64,000 bases of DNA from Phoronis australis. Taxonomy: Eukaryota; Animalia; Phoronida. Below the pieces are notes generated by a model. That model made no database searches and was not told where the DNA came from. It saw nothing but the letters and a program-made list of their open reading frames with translations. Both the position numbers and the translations under genes were made by a program. Of the stretch, positions 26,349-36,946 are shown piece after piece; position 1 is the stretch's first letter, and every line of letters begins with the position of its first letter. The stretch lies in NCBI GenBank assembly GCA_002633005.1, contig NMRA01000020.1, forward strand, positions 1,729,050 through 1,793,049, read 5' to 3'.

Positions 26349-27028
26349 TATAGTCGGTGGGCCAGATCTCATAGCGTTCATCCTTGTGAGTACTTTGGGG
26401 GGGCAACCTAGTTTTTTCTATGTGGCTNACCCTACTATCGCCAATTTTCAGTCAGTCTACGTCATAGATATTTCAGTCTCGAATGGTAAGAATTTTGTTC
26501 AGGCAGAAACTGGCCAATGTAGAAAGAAAATTATTTGGGATGGCTGAAAAGGGAAGGTGGAAACGATAATTCAAACAGTCACAGAAACTCAAGGCGGCAG
26601 ACAGCATCGCTGAAAGCGGAGGTATTGAAGCCGGCATGGTTCTTAAACTTTGCAAACATGGGAAGAAGATAAGGTGACAAAAATGTTCAAGTATTATATT
26701 TTGAAGTAAATCCACATTTGGTTTTAAACTAAAGTATTTAAAAAATTGGTCCAACAATTTTAAAGAACTTTTTACAGATTAGTGAAAGCCACCTCAAGTA
26801 CCTAAATCATATCATCGGCATATGGTGCCATTTTGGACATACGCATTCCTGTCTTGTCATCTAATTCACTTTTAATTTCATTATTTTGTCGAAGTAACAG
26901 GGCTAAAATTTCTGCACACAGGATAAATAAATGAAAAGATATTGGCTAACCTTGACCACAACCTCTTCCTACATAAAAGNNNNNNNNNNNNNNNNNNNNN
27001 NNNNNNNNNNNNNNNNNNNNNNNNNNNN

Positions 27029-30000
27029 TAGTCGGTGGGCCAGATCTCATAGCGTTCACCCTTGTGAGTACTTTGGGGGGGCAACCTAGTTTTTTCTATG
27101 TGGCTAGATAATATACCCATAAATCAAATTCCAAAAAGTTCCCACGTCTACACTTGCACATTTTTTTAAAAAAAGGTGTTTTTGTTGCACAAAATATGAT
27201 GCACATTCCTGCCACTTGATGGCGCTTTTCTATTGAATTGACCAATCAGAGAGCCAGATTGTATAGTTGTGCTAAGTAACTTCAATATGGCTGCTCCCAT
27301 GGAGTGTGATGCCTGTATAATTCGAGGTTTATCAAACAGCACAAAATTGTGATGTCAGAGCCTAAAGAAGCTTAGGAAAGCTTCCTGACGAAAGCTGATT
27401 GACTGTGGAACTCTTTAGATCAGTAGATCAAAAAGAAGAAGAGGTGTCACAAACGTTTGTGCAGAAAACAGCTGCACCTGGTAGCCTACACAGTATACTG
27501 CTGAGTGCTGTAGACTAGAAGACCAAGTGTCAGACCAAAAAATTGAAAGGACGTAGAACGGCATAGCAACCTTTCAAGGCATCAACAGTAGTACTAGAGC
27601 TGAAGTTGCTGAAAGCGATACAGATGTTATTCAAGATTTTCCAAGAAAATCAATTATACTTCCAAAATCTGAAACACCCGATTAATCTGAGCAAGATAGG
27701 AACATTCTGAAACATGAGTGCATCATTTGTTAGCAGGAAAAGTACATTATGGGCCACATTTCAAGAAAGAGAAAGAAGTATAGCTTTCAAAAACAGGTAC
27801 GTGTTTTTGAAAAATACATCTTGGTGTTTTCCATGTGTGTTTCAGTATTATCACCAGTTGTTTTTTTAACTTGTTCAGCCTCTTGGCTGCCTAGACCTTA
27901 GACAATACTGCTGACCCAGTAGAGATGATGATCATACCATAGGTACTCCATATGCCGGATACTTTTCAGCAAATTATGTTCCTATAAGTTTAGAAGTACC
28001 GCGTAGAGAGATGCCTCTGAGGAGGTCGTTAATGTTTTCATTTGTTCCCAGTTTAAACAAATACTCATGCAATCATGTTTTTCGAACACTCCATTCAGTT
28101 GCCACATCGACACTGCTTGCGCTAAGGGATAATCCTATGGCGTTATACTGTGGGTGTGATTTTAAAGCACTTTAAGTCAAAAATTTTTGAAAAGGTTAAA
28201 TGGAGTAGATGGTTGCAAACAACATGCCCAAGTGGCCGTGATCCCCTGCCGTAGTCTCAATTTTTTGTAAACATTAATTACTTAGGTAGCTGCAATGATA
28301 ATTAAATTAAAGTGCCTAAGTGGCCTTCGTTGCCGTCGAAATTTGAGGACGATGGAAGCCACTGTCCATTTCGTCAAACGTCGATTACCATAAGTGTAAA
28401 TCAATTGACTATGGTTTGAGCATCTGATTTAAAAAAATTAAATTTCAATCACTGCACTGGTATATCAGCTGATTTATTTTCAGTTGCAGCAACTGATCTA
28501 ATTATTAGACGATCAACATTATTAGGCTACAGATCAGACGGCATGTAAATTTGTTAGGCTGGTGGTGGATCAGTTCCTGATAAGTCCGTCTGAAAAAGTT
28601 GCATGCCAACTCACTCATAGTTGAATGTTAAATTAGTGTTAACAGTTCGGGTTTTTTNNNNNNNNNNNNNNNNNNNNNNNNNNNNNNNNNNNNNNNNNNN
28701 NNNNNNNNNNNNNNNNNNNNNNNNNNNNNNNNNNNNNNNNNNNNNNNNNNNNNNNNNNNNNNNNNNNNNNNNNNNNNNNNNNNNNNNNNNNNNNNNNNNN
28801 NNNNNNNNNNNNNNNNNNNNNNNNNNNNNNNNNNNNNNNNNNNNNNNNNNNNNNNNNNNNNNNNNNNNNNNNNNNNNNNNNNNNNNNNNNNNNNNNNNNN
28901 NNNNNNNNNNNNNNNNNNNNNNNNNNNNNNNNNNNNNNNNNNNNNNNNNNNNNNNNNNNNNNNNNNNNNNNNNNNNNNNNNNNNNNNNNNNNNNNNNNNN
29001 NNNNNNNNNNNNNNNNNNNNNNNNNNNNNNNNNNNNNNNNNNNNNNNNNNNNNNNNNNNNNNNNNNNNNNNNNNNNNNNNNNNNNNNNNNNNNNNNNNNN
29101 NNNNNNNNNNNNNNNNNNNNNNNNNNNNNNNNNNNNNNNNNNNNNNNNNNNNNNNNNNNNNNNNNNNNNNNNNNNNNNNNNNNNNNNNNNNNNNNNNNNN
29201 NNNNNNNNNNNNNNNNNNNNNNNNNNNNNNNNNNNNNNNNNNNNNNNNNNNNNNNNNNNNNNNNNNNNNNNNNNNNNNNNNNNNNNNNNNNNNNNNNNNN
29301 NNNNNNNNNNNNNNNNNNNNNNNNNNNNNNNNNNNNNNNNNNNNNNNNNNNNNNNNNNNNNNNNNNNNNNNNNNNNNNNNNNNNNNNNNNNNNNNNNNNN
29401 NNNNNNNNNNNNNNNNNNNNNNNNNNNNNNNNNNNNNNNNNNNNNNNNNNNNNNNNNNNNNNNNNNNNNNNNNNNNNNNNNNNNNNNNNNNNNNNNNNNN
29501 NNNNNNNNNNNNNNNNNNNNNNNNNNNNNNNNNNNNNNNNNNNNTAGGAAATTATAAGCTGCCTCATGGCGGCGAATCACAATATACCCTTTGTAAATTC
29601 TTGCGCTCTGCTCGTACACAAGGTGGTAAATTTTTATATTAATAAAAACTTTATTTTCTGGCCTAGAAAGAAAATTCAAAGTTCTAAAATGCTTAGATTT
29701 TCGCGAGGAATTCGGTTAGGCAGGTAGATTTTTAAAATAAACTTTATTTTTTTTGCCAATAGTCGACAGGCACGTAGTTTTATGGCATAATGAGGTGTCA
29801 TTAAAGGATTACGTACGTGACCAAGCAGCCCAGGCAGCTGGACTGAATTCAATGGGCTATTGTGTTCGCATTAGCAAACTCCAACCGTCGGACGAAGGCC
29901 GTCCGACGGTCAATTTTCAGCTGGAAAGGGTTCCTCATGTTCCTAGTAACAATCAGACTTAGTTTGCATTTTTGCCACTAGGTGTCTCTTTACATTTTTT

Positions 30001-30337
30001 AAATTTCACTGTTTACAATTAATTCACAATAGTATAAAACATGCAATGTGAGTGTAATATTATTCAATACAATGGCACTGATGGGACCATATTACTTGTT
30101 TTACAAAAAAGTCACCAAAACTGTTGTTTTTACAAATAAAAGTTTACTAAGCTCTTTGGTGATTATTAGGTAACTTCAAACTCAAATTTCTCAAAAATGT
30201 GCAACTTTATATGTGGGAACTTTTTAGATTTTGAAAACACTAATAAATGAATTAAAAAACACCAAAATAAAATTGCCCCCTGAAGTACTCACAAAAACCA
30301 TTTTCTAGAGGCCCTACAAAATCTGGCCCACCGACTA
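27029..30337 (+). mobile_element. TIR DNA transposon with TAG termini (Academ-like), degenerate and gapped
   Basis: TIR TAGTCGGTGGGCCAGAT at 27029 and ATCTGGCCCACCGACTA at 30321-30337, with a subterminal GAGTACTT..GGGGCAA match. Decayed coding remnants (MAAPMECDACII; ECIIC) at 27288-27800. The TSD cannot be checked because of the N gap. Confidence 0.6.
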
Positions 30338-30339
30338 AT

Positions 30340-31850
30340 TGTTTAAATGGCTAAGTCAATCTGCAAAATAATTGGAAAATGCTTTATATAAAAAATCCAA
30401 AATAAACTGTCTAACGTTTTTCAGAAATCAACAAAGGCAAACAGTCCTGGGATATCTTTTCAGGCAAACAGTCCTAGGATATTACCGTTTCAGTAAATTT
30501 GATTATCATATCCTAGTCTCATATTTTTTACAATAAATCAATTTTTAAAAGCCTTTTTGTTTTTTATGAATAAGTTCATTAATTACTCTTTTTAGGCATT
30601 GAGCAATAAAACTTCATATAACTTTTATAAATGACATTCAGCAAATATATGGGACTTCAATTCTTCAAATGCTTTCCTTTCCTGACTTAGGGATAATACT
30701 TATAGCTCCTTGGTGTAATGACAGCGGTAGTGATCCAATCATATTGCGAAAATTAACTGCTCCAACAAGAAAAACAGAAATATCACTCTAAAAGAACACA
30801 TAGAACTTAACTGGGCCACCAGTTTTGATATTATTTTTTGAACAGCACTTAAGATTCATCTTATGAATTTCTTCAGAATGTGTAAGGCCATCGATTTTAA
30901 CATCTACAACAGGTTTATCTTTGTTTTCCTAAAGCAACTTATAAAAGTTTGAAATCATTAATAGTAGTGGCTCTTGTTTAGTGACTAATTGTCCATTTGT
31001 ATTTATTAATTTTGATATTTTTATTTACATAATTTCTTTTATATAAATAGCAAAATATTTGGTGAGTTTCTCCCTTTCTTCAATCCATCTAGCTCTCTCA
31101 CAAACGAGATGTTCATGCATGAGGTATTGTCTATGGTCATCAAATTCACTTTTAACTTCTTGAAGCATTTCCTTAAAAAATGTGATTACTTTGTGCCAAC
31201 TGTTGTAAAACTAATTTGTTTTTCAAGACTTATCATTTTACAAAATCTCTCTTTAGATTAAGTTTACAAAATTAATGAATATTTGACCTAATTTTTATAA
31301 GAAGAGTCTCAAAAAACAGAGCTTAGCCAATAAAAAATTCTTGTACTATCAATTTCATTTTTACTGTAAACCATATAAACCTTAAGGACATACTACCCTT
31401 TTACATCTTTTAGAGACTTTTTAATAAAGTTACCATATTGGGTAATATCAAAATGCCACAAACCCGGTCCTCTGTTAAAGTCAGAAAGATTTAAACCTAA
31501 TGATATAAAACACTGGTCAGTTCTTTATCCCGCCCAAATGTAAAAAAAAAATATTAAGTTGATGTATTTCTCAGAAATTAGACTTTAAACATGTTTTTTG
31601 ATTGGATTATGTTTTTCCAACTATAAGATTTAAAGTTAGGGTTCGCCAATCTCCATGGATCAACAAGATTTTAAAATTTTACATAATAAATCACAAGCGG
31701 TAAATATTTATGACACCTTGGTTCAGTCACTGCAGACAGCTTCCAAGTATAAAAACAAGTGGTCATCTGAGATAGATGTAAACGGTGCTATAAATAATGT
31801 AAATTTTAGTGACTCTGATANTCTTTCAAACATTTTTCAGTAATATTGTA
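30340..31850 (-). mobile_element. Old degenerate Tx1/L1-clade LINE fragments
   Basis: The minus strand gives KDIPGLFAFVDF.KTLDSL and RARWIEEREKLTKYF, homologous to ORF2 at 37081-40895. A plus-strand piece at 31640-31850 (IYDTL...KNKWSSEI) resembles the ORF2 C-terminal region. Confidence 0.65.
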
Positions 31851-32575
31851 GAGAGGGGCATCTCATAACAAATCGTCCCGGGCATCACCAAACCATTGCC
31901 AGCCAGGCCCTACTGGACAAAGGGCAAGCTTGTGTCTCATGTAACACGTACGACGAGAGAGTTGCCTAGTATAACGACTTTCAGGTTGTCCAGTAACGGT
32001 GTGTGACGGAAGGCCCAGTAACTCGCACCGCTATCGTATGCTTCGATAAAGGCTCAATGACTTCACTACAGTCACACTTTTTATTAAGGAAATTCTGCAA
32101 TATTACAATCACAATTACTGTAAGTGACAATCATTACATTATCATCTCAAGTAGACGTGCGCAAACATTTCATATAATGGTAGATTTGTTGGGCGAACTT
32201 GACGACGCTTTGAAATTGGTGGGAACTGATGATAAAAGTGATGTCCACATGGACTTTCGTAATTCTGATCACGACATTACTGGTTATGCAGTTCTCTGTT
32301 TAGTGGAACTACGATTGCGCAAATGTCGATTAAAATCATGGTTCATCTGCTGCTTAGATCAGAAGGCTGCTTAAAAATTCACGTACCGCTAAGAGCGTGA
32401 AATGTTTTGGAGTGGTCAGTGAAGAAGCGATTAAAATAGCATCAAAACTTCCGCGTTAACTGATTATAAACTCTTATGATATAAACTCGGCTAAAGAATT
32501 GCCATAGAATTGAAAGAATAAGGACCACTTAAACACTTTTCAGACTCATTCATATTCGGATGGTGTTGTGCAACC

Positions 32576-32826
32576 TCAAAGATTGGTCGACGGGTAGCGA
32601 CCGCAGACACAACGGCAGAAGTAGTAGTACTCCACAGGATTCGCATGCTTATAGGTTCCTTTAATCCACTCGCACGTGTCCGACGTGTGCTCGTCTGTCA
32701 TTCCATCCGGATGCTTCCCCTTGCAGTTGTCTGTGCACGTACTTTTCCACTTTCCCGTTCCAACTTTTTCCCAGTTGCATTTACCGTCACTATGGCGTTG
32801 ACAGGTCCCATTGTTTGGAATTGACT
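32576..32826 (-). CDS. Terminal coding exon of an 8-cysteine peptide (CS-alpha-beta/macin-like), copy 1
   Basis: ATTATTACAG acceptor, phase 1, stop-free: xSIPNNGTCQRHSDGKCNWEKVGTGKWKSTCTDNCKGKHPDGMTDEHTSDTCEWIKGTYKHANPVEYYYFCRCVCGRYPSTNL*. Spacing C-x7-C-x13-CxxxC-x16-C-x18-CxCxC. A paralog lies at 35918-36144. Confidence 0.75.
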
Positions 32827-32897
32827 CTGTAATAATTCACGTTTTGGTGCCATCATTTATTGTTTTCAAAGTATCAATAGTGTTAACGTGCCCTTAA

Positions 32898-34229
32898 AGA
32901 CGAAGGCAACCTTTTTTCATGTCATTTTTAGCCAAAATGGGGTTTGATGATTATTCCAAACATATTTTTCACTTATTTACTGCTTTTCGTAATTTAATTA
33001 ATTACTCGTCGTTTACTCCGGAAGTGACGTTTTGGGAGGCAAGAATTTCGCGCCAATTTCTTTTCATGTAGTCTGACTGTGACAGCAGTCGAGTCAGTCA
33101 TTGTTCTACCTCGGTTGTGATAAGTTCGGTCGTCGTTTGCTTTTGCTTACGAGTCAGTCAACATGCCATGCTGTTGCTGCGTACTGGGGTGTACTCATTA
33201 TCGTCTCACGTACAGGGGAAGAACTGTCCCACTTGCCCGAGTGTCCCGCGACACACTTCCACTGGAGGGTGATCTGAGCACCCAAACTGCTTACATACCG
33301 CCGTATGACTCCCTCGCCACACACCTGGCACCTTCCAAATAGCTCCAATACAAGTCCACAATAAACTTATCAAACTTAGGCTCACCGATATGTTCATATG
33401 TTCATTGGATGACGAACTGTTCTCTTCACTGGGTGTCGAACTGGGCCTGTATTCACTCCCACTACTCAACATCGCTGCAGGGCTGCTTACAGGCTCAGAC
33501 AACAGCACAGGGCGAATCACTGCTAGTTCCCGGAATTGCACGCAATGGGGTATGTTTGGAGGCACGGGTGACAGTAGATGAAGTGCCTTCAGTCACTGTA
33601 CATAGTGGCCACAACTTGCGAGGCTTCTCGCTTCAAAAACGCACTTCTCAGGGTTGGCGATGGGGCACTGCCGGGAATCAACAGCGACGGTATGGTACCC
33701 TTCTTCAGGCGTTGTTTCTCAGGGACCTTCATCAATTCAGCGGTACATATCTGTCATAATCTGACGGCAGAGAATGCTTGCCACACACTCGGTAACCCTC
33801 CATTGCTTTGTAAGTTGCGTGGACGGGTAGCGCTGCGTTCTTCACATGAACTAGCTAGCCAAGTACGACGAAGTGCGTCATCCTTCGGAAAGCGACGCAA
33901 GGTACCCAAAGCGCGTGTGAGACGATAATGAGTACATCCCGGCACGTAACAACAGTGTGGCATGTTGACCGACTTCTAAACAAAAGCAAACGACGACCGA
34001 ACTTATCACAAACGAGGTAGAGCAATGACTGACTCGACAGCTCTCACAGTCAGACTATAATGAAAAGAAATTGGCGCGAAACTCTTGCCTCCCAAAACGT
34101 CACTTCCGGAGTAGAGGACGAGAAATTAATCAAATTACGAAAAGCTGTAATTAAGCGAAAAATGTGTCTGGGAAAATCAACGAACCTTATTTTTGCTAAA
34201 AGTGACATGAAAAAAGGTTGCCTTCGCCT
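32898..34229 (-). mobile_element. Non-autonomous Kolobok-type element with ~310-bp TIRs and a frameshifted THAP gene
   Basis: TTAA on both sides (32894-32897 and 34230-34233), termini AG(A/G)CGAAGGCAACC. THAP remnant MPHCCYVPGC..RFPKD..W..VCGKH..GTIPS, then LFGRCQVCG..WKCVAGHSGKWDSS. Confidence 0.85.
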
Positions 34230-34406
34230 TTAAATAAATACCACGCTCCCACCGAGATAGGCTCTACAACGCACTGAAGGTGTGTTGTGCTACGTGGCTC
34301 TTGAATTTGATTTTCGTTTTTTCACCAGTTTAACAAAATGGAATACATTTTATCTGTCGAAAGAGATTATTGAAATATAAGCTCGGACACTGAGGTAGCC
34401 AGGTAC

Positions 34407-34422
34407 CTGTTTCTCGAAGGGT
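34407..34422 (-). CDS. Candidate 16-nt micro-exon of peptide gene copy 1
   Basis: tctgtag|ACCCTTCGAGAAACAG|gtacct, mirrored by 36751-36763. Confidence 0.4.
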
Positions 34423-35917
34423 CTACAGATAAAAGTTTTTTTCTTTTGGTTTTGTTTTTCTCCCGAGCAGAGTACGCGTTTCTGTCTTTTTGGCTGGATA
34501 TTGTAGACACATTTTCTGCCTTGGCCTGATTTCGGAAACAGGTTAATATACGGTCCATAGACCGAGTTTTAGTCAAATGTTAGACGACAACAAACTGTTC
34601 GAGAATCAGCCCCAGATATATTCAACAAGGGTACTAAACTTGTGTTTTGTCCTGTGGGTCTGTAATGAGAGGCAGTCTGATGATACTTTGCTATCAACAG
34701 GGAGAAAGCGCAAAATTGAAATGAGTTCCGACCAGGGGGACCAAGGCACCGGTGTGCACCCCCGTGGCTATCCCAGTAAACTTTTAAGTTATCAAAATAT
34801 CTGGTACAAGTCTCTATTACCTCATAGCTAAGTTGGACATGGTTTCAAGTGTCAATTTTAGACAAAATTAGATTTTTTTTCTATTTGCTCCACCCGCTAT
34901 TTTTAGAAAATCAATTTAATCTCACTTCAGCTCTGGTCTAATATTGAGGATTGTTGCATTTTAAGTGTGAACAGAAAATATTTTACTTAACCTATAAGGT
35001 CATGTTTTCAGAATTTGCCTAGTTTCGCTTTTGAGGCTTTGGCCTTACACATGGCATTGTTCTGGAACTACAGTAATTTCATAGATATACACAGCGGTAG
35101 AACGACACACATGTTACATTTTAGCACGAACACGGTCGTACATTTTCCGCAAACATCCGAATCGACGATTAAAGCCTATTTCATTTACATTCGTGGATTT
35201 GATAGCTACAAAAGGTTTGGGCATCAATGTGACAACAATGTCAAAGTGTCAGTTGTATGAAGGATCAGAGTTGAGCTGACTTACAGACACCTGCGGCACC
35301 ACGAGAGTCCCTGCATTGTGCTACGTTCATCCAGACCACTATTCAACGTAGAACTGTTTCCGACCCTTCGTTTTTTGTTCTGTGCTCTGGCGGTGGCGCA
35401 ACTGATATAGCGAAAAGACTACTTCGAATATAATGAAATTTAATGCAGTCTTAGTGTGAGCGACGACTCGGTGAAATATTACGGCGTTGACATTTTGTAG
35501 TTTTAGCTATTTGTTTCAACTTTAAGAATTCGTATGTCATGTGTACTATTGCAAATGTGAAAAAGAAAAGTTCAACCCAGAGTAAAAGGAGTAAAAATTT
35601 ATTACATTTTGTACAATCATTTGTAATAATGTAAAACACACACTGTTGAAAAACGTATTCATAATTGAATGTAATTTTAGAGTAGCTTAAAAACAAAATG
35701 CATTTTGACAGAAGTACAAAGGAAACTTTCAAACTGACGTCACACAACCTTATTTGAGTTTCTTTCGACAATTTATCTCGTTTCGTGACGAACGTCCTTT
35801 TGTGGGCCACGTGACGTGTTACGTCGGATCATGTATTTTTGCGCAATTTTCGGTCACTAAAGTCTTTCGAAGTTTATCCGTTGAAAAAATATTTGGTCTT
35901 GACATTATTTGCTGTTC

Positions 35918-36144
35918 TTAACGGCATCGACAACTACATATGTAAAATTGCTCTTGGTTCTGTTTCAGACGTAAGTACTTGCATTCCTCCCTGTAGTGCG
36001 TAACTTCACGTCTACCATGCCTGCGACACACGCACGTAAGACTCCATGGATAGTACGAAGTGCCCCATATGTTCTGGGCCTCTCCACGAACCCACACACA
36101 GTCGGGATGAGAATGGTACTCGTAGTCTGCCGTCCATTTATTTC
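35918..36144 (-). CDS. Terminal coding exon of cysteine-rich peptide copy 2 (7 Cys, possibly decaying)
   Basis: GCTTTCACAG acceptor, phase 1: xNKWTADYEYHSHPDCVWVRGEAQNIWGTSYYPWSLTCVCRRHGRREVTHYREECKYLRLKQNQEQFYICSCRCR*. Aligns to copy 1 at HS-x3-C-x-W and Y-x-CxCxC. Confidence 0.7.
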
Positions 36145-36750
36145 CTGTGAAAGCAAGAAGACGTAGCCGCAATTTAAAGGTGTCTACTTTTGACAAACGC
36201 TTCTCAACCCGCGATATTTTATTCTTAGAAAACTGGTGTGCCAAAAACTCTAACACGTAGGTTTGTAGAACCTTGCAATGCGAGCTAATGTTGTGCAAAC
36301 TGTAGCATGTGAGGTGAAAAATGAGTTTCGGTGAAGACCACTCTCTGATGATCAATTGGGGTGATGATATTTTGTCCGAAAAAAATGTCAACAAGCACAA
36401 AAAGTTAAAACTGTTATATTCTGAAACCGTCTATTTTTTCGTTTTCGTTGCTCAAACTTCGATTTGAAGGATTTTCAAAATTCACCTAACAGGTGTCGTT
36501 ACTAACCAAACTTGATTACCCAATCAGTTAATTTTAGAATTTGTACTTGGAAACATTTCGTCATCACACCAAAAATTTCTAGTTTTAAGCAGTTTGGTCC
36601 TTAACGTGCGATTGTGTTTTTGTGTCGTGGCTCAAAATTAAAACCTTCAACATTTACGATATGACACACGCTTTCTCACTACAATTTAATAACAGTTTTC
36701 TCGTAAACTGGACAACTTTTACAGTCTACTCTTTTTTGTTCAGGAGGTAC

Positions 36751-36763
36751 CCACTATAAGGGT
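36751..36763 (-). CDS. Candidate 13-nt micro-exon of peptide gene copy 2
   Basis: tatttag|ACCCTTATAGTGG|gtacct has the same first 6 nt, donor and 3n+1 length class as 34407-34422. Confidence 0.4.
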
Positions 36764-36946
36764 CTAAATAAGGCACCTCTGTGCAGGTTTTTGAAGAAAT
36801 TGACATCCCTTGTACATATGACCAGACGTGCTTTTTTCAATTTCAATATAGAGCAAACAATTTTGACTGCAGTAATAGTGATATTCATGCATAATTACGT
36901 CCTAATTAACAATAGTTTTTAAATGTTTAAACAAATAAAATATCTC

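Noticed and set aside
26351-26427. Second TAGTCGG terminus as an independent insertion
   Set aside because: It is a 77-bp copy of 27029-27105 ending at an N next to a gap, so it is probably a scaffolding artefact.
28611-29679. ORFs longer than 300 aa
   Set aside because: They run through an N gap.
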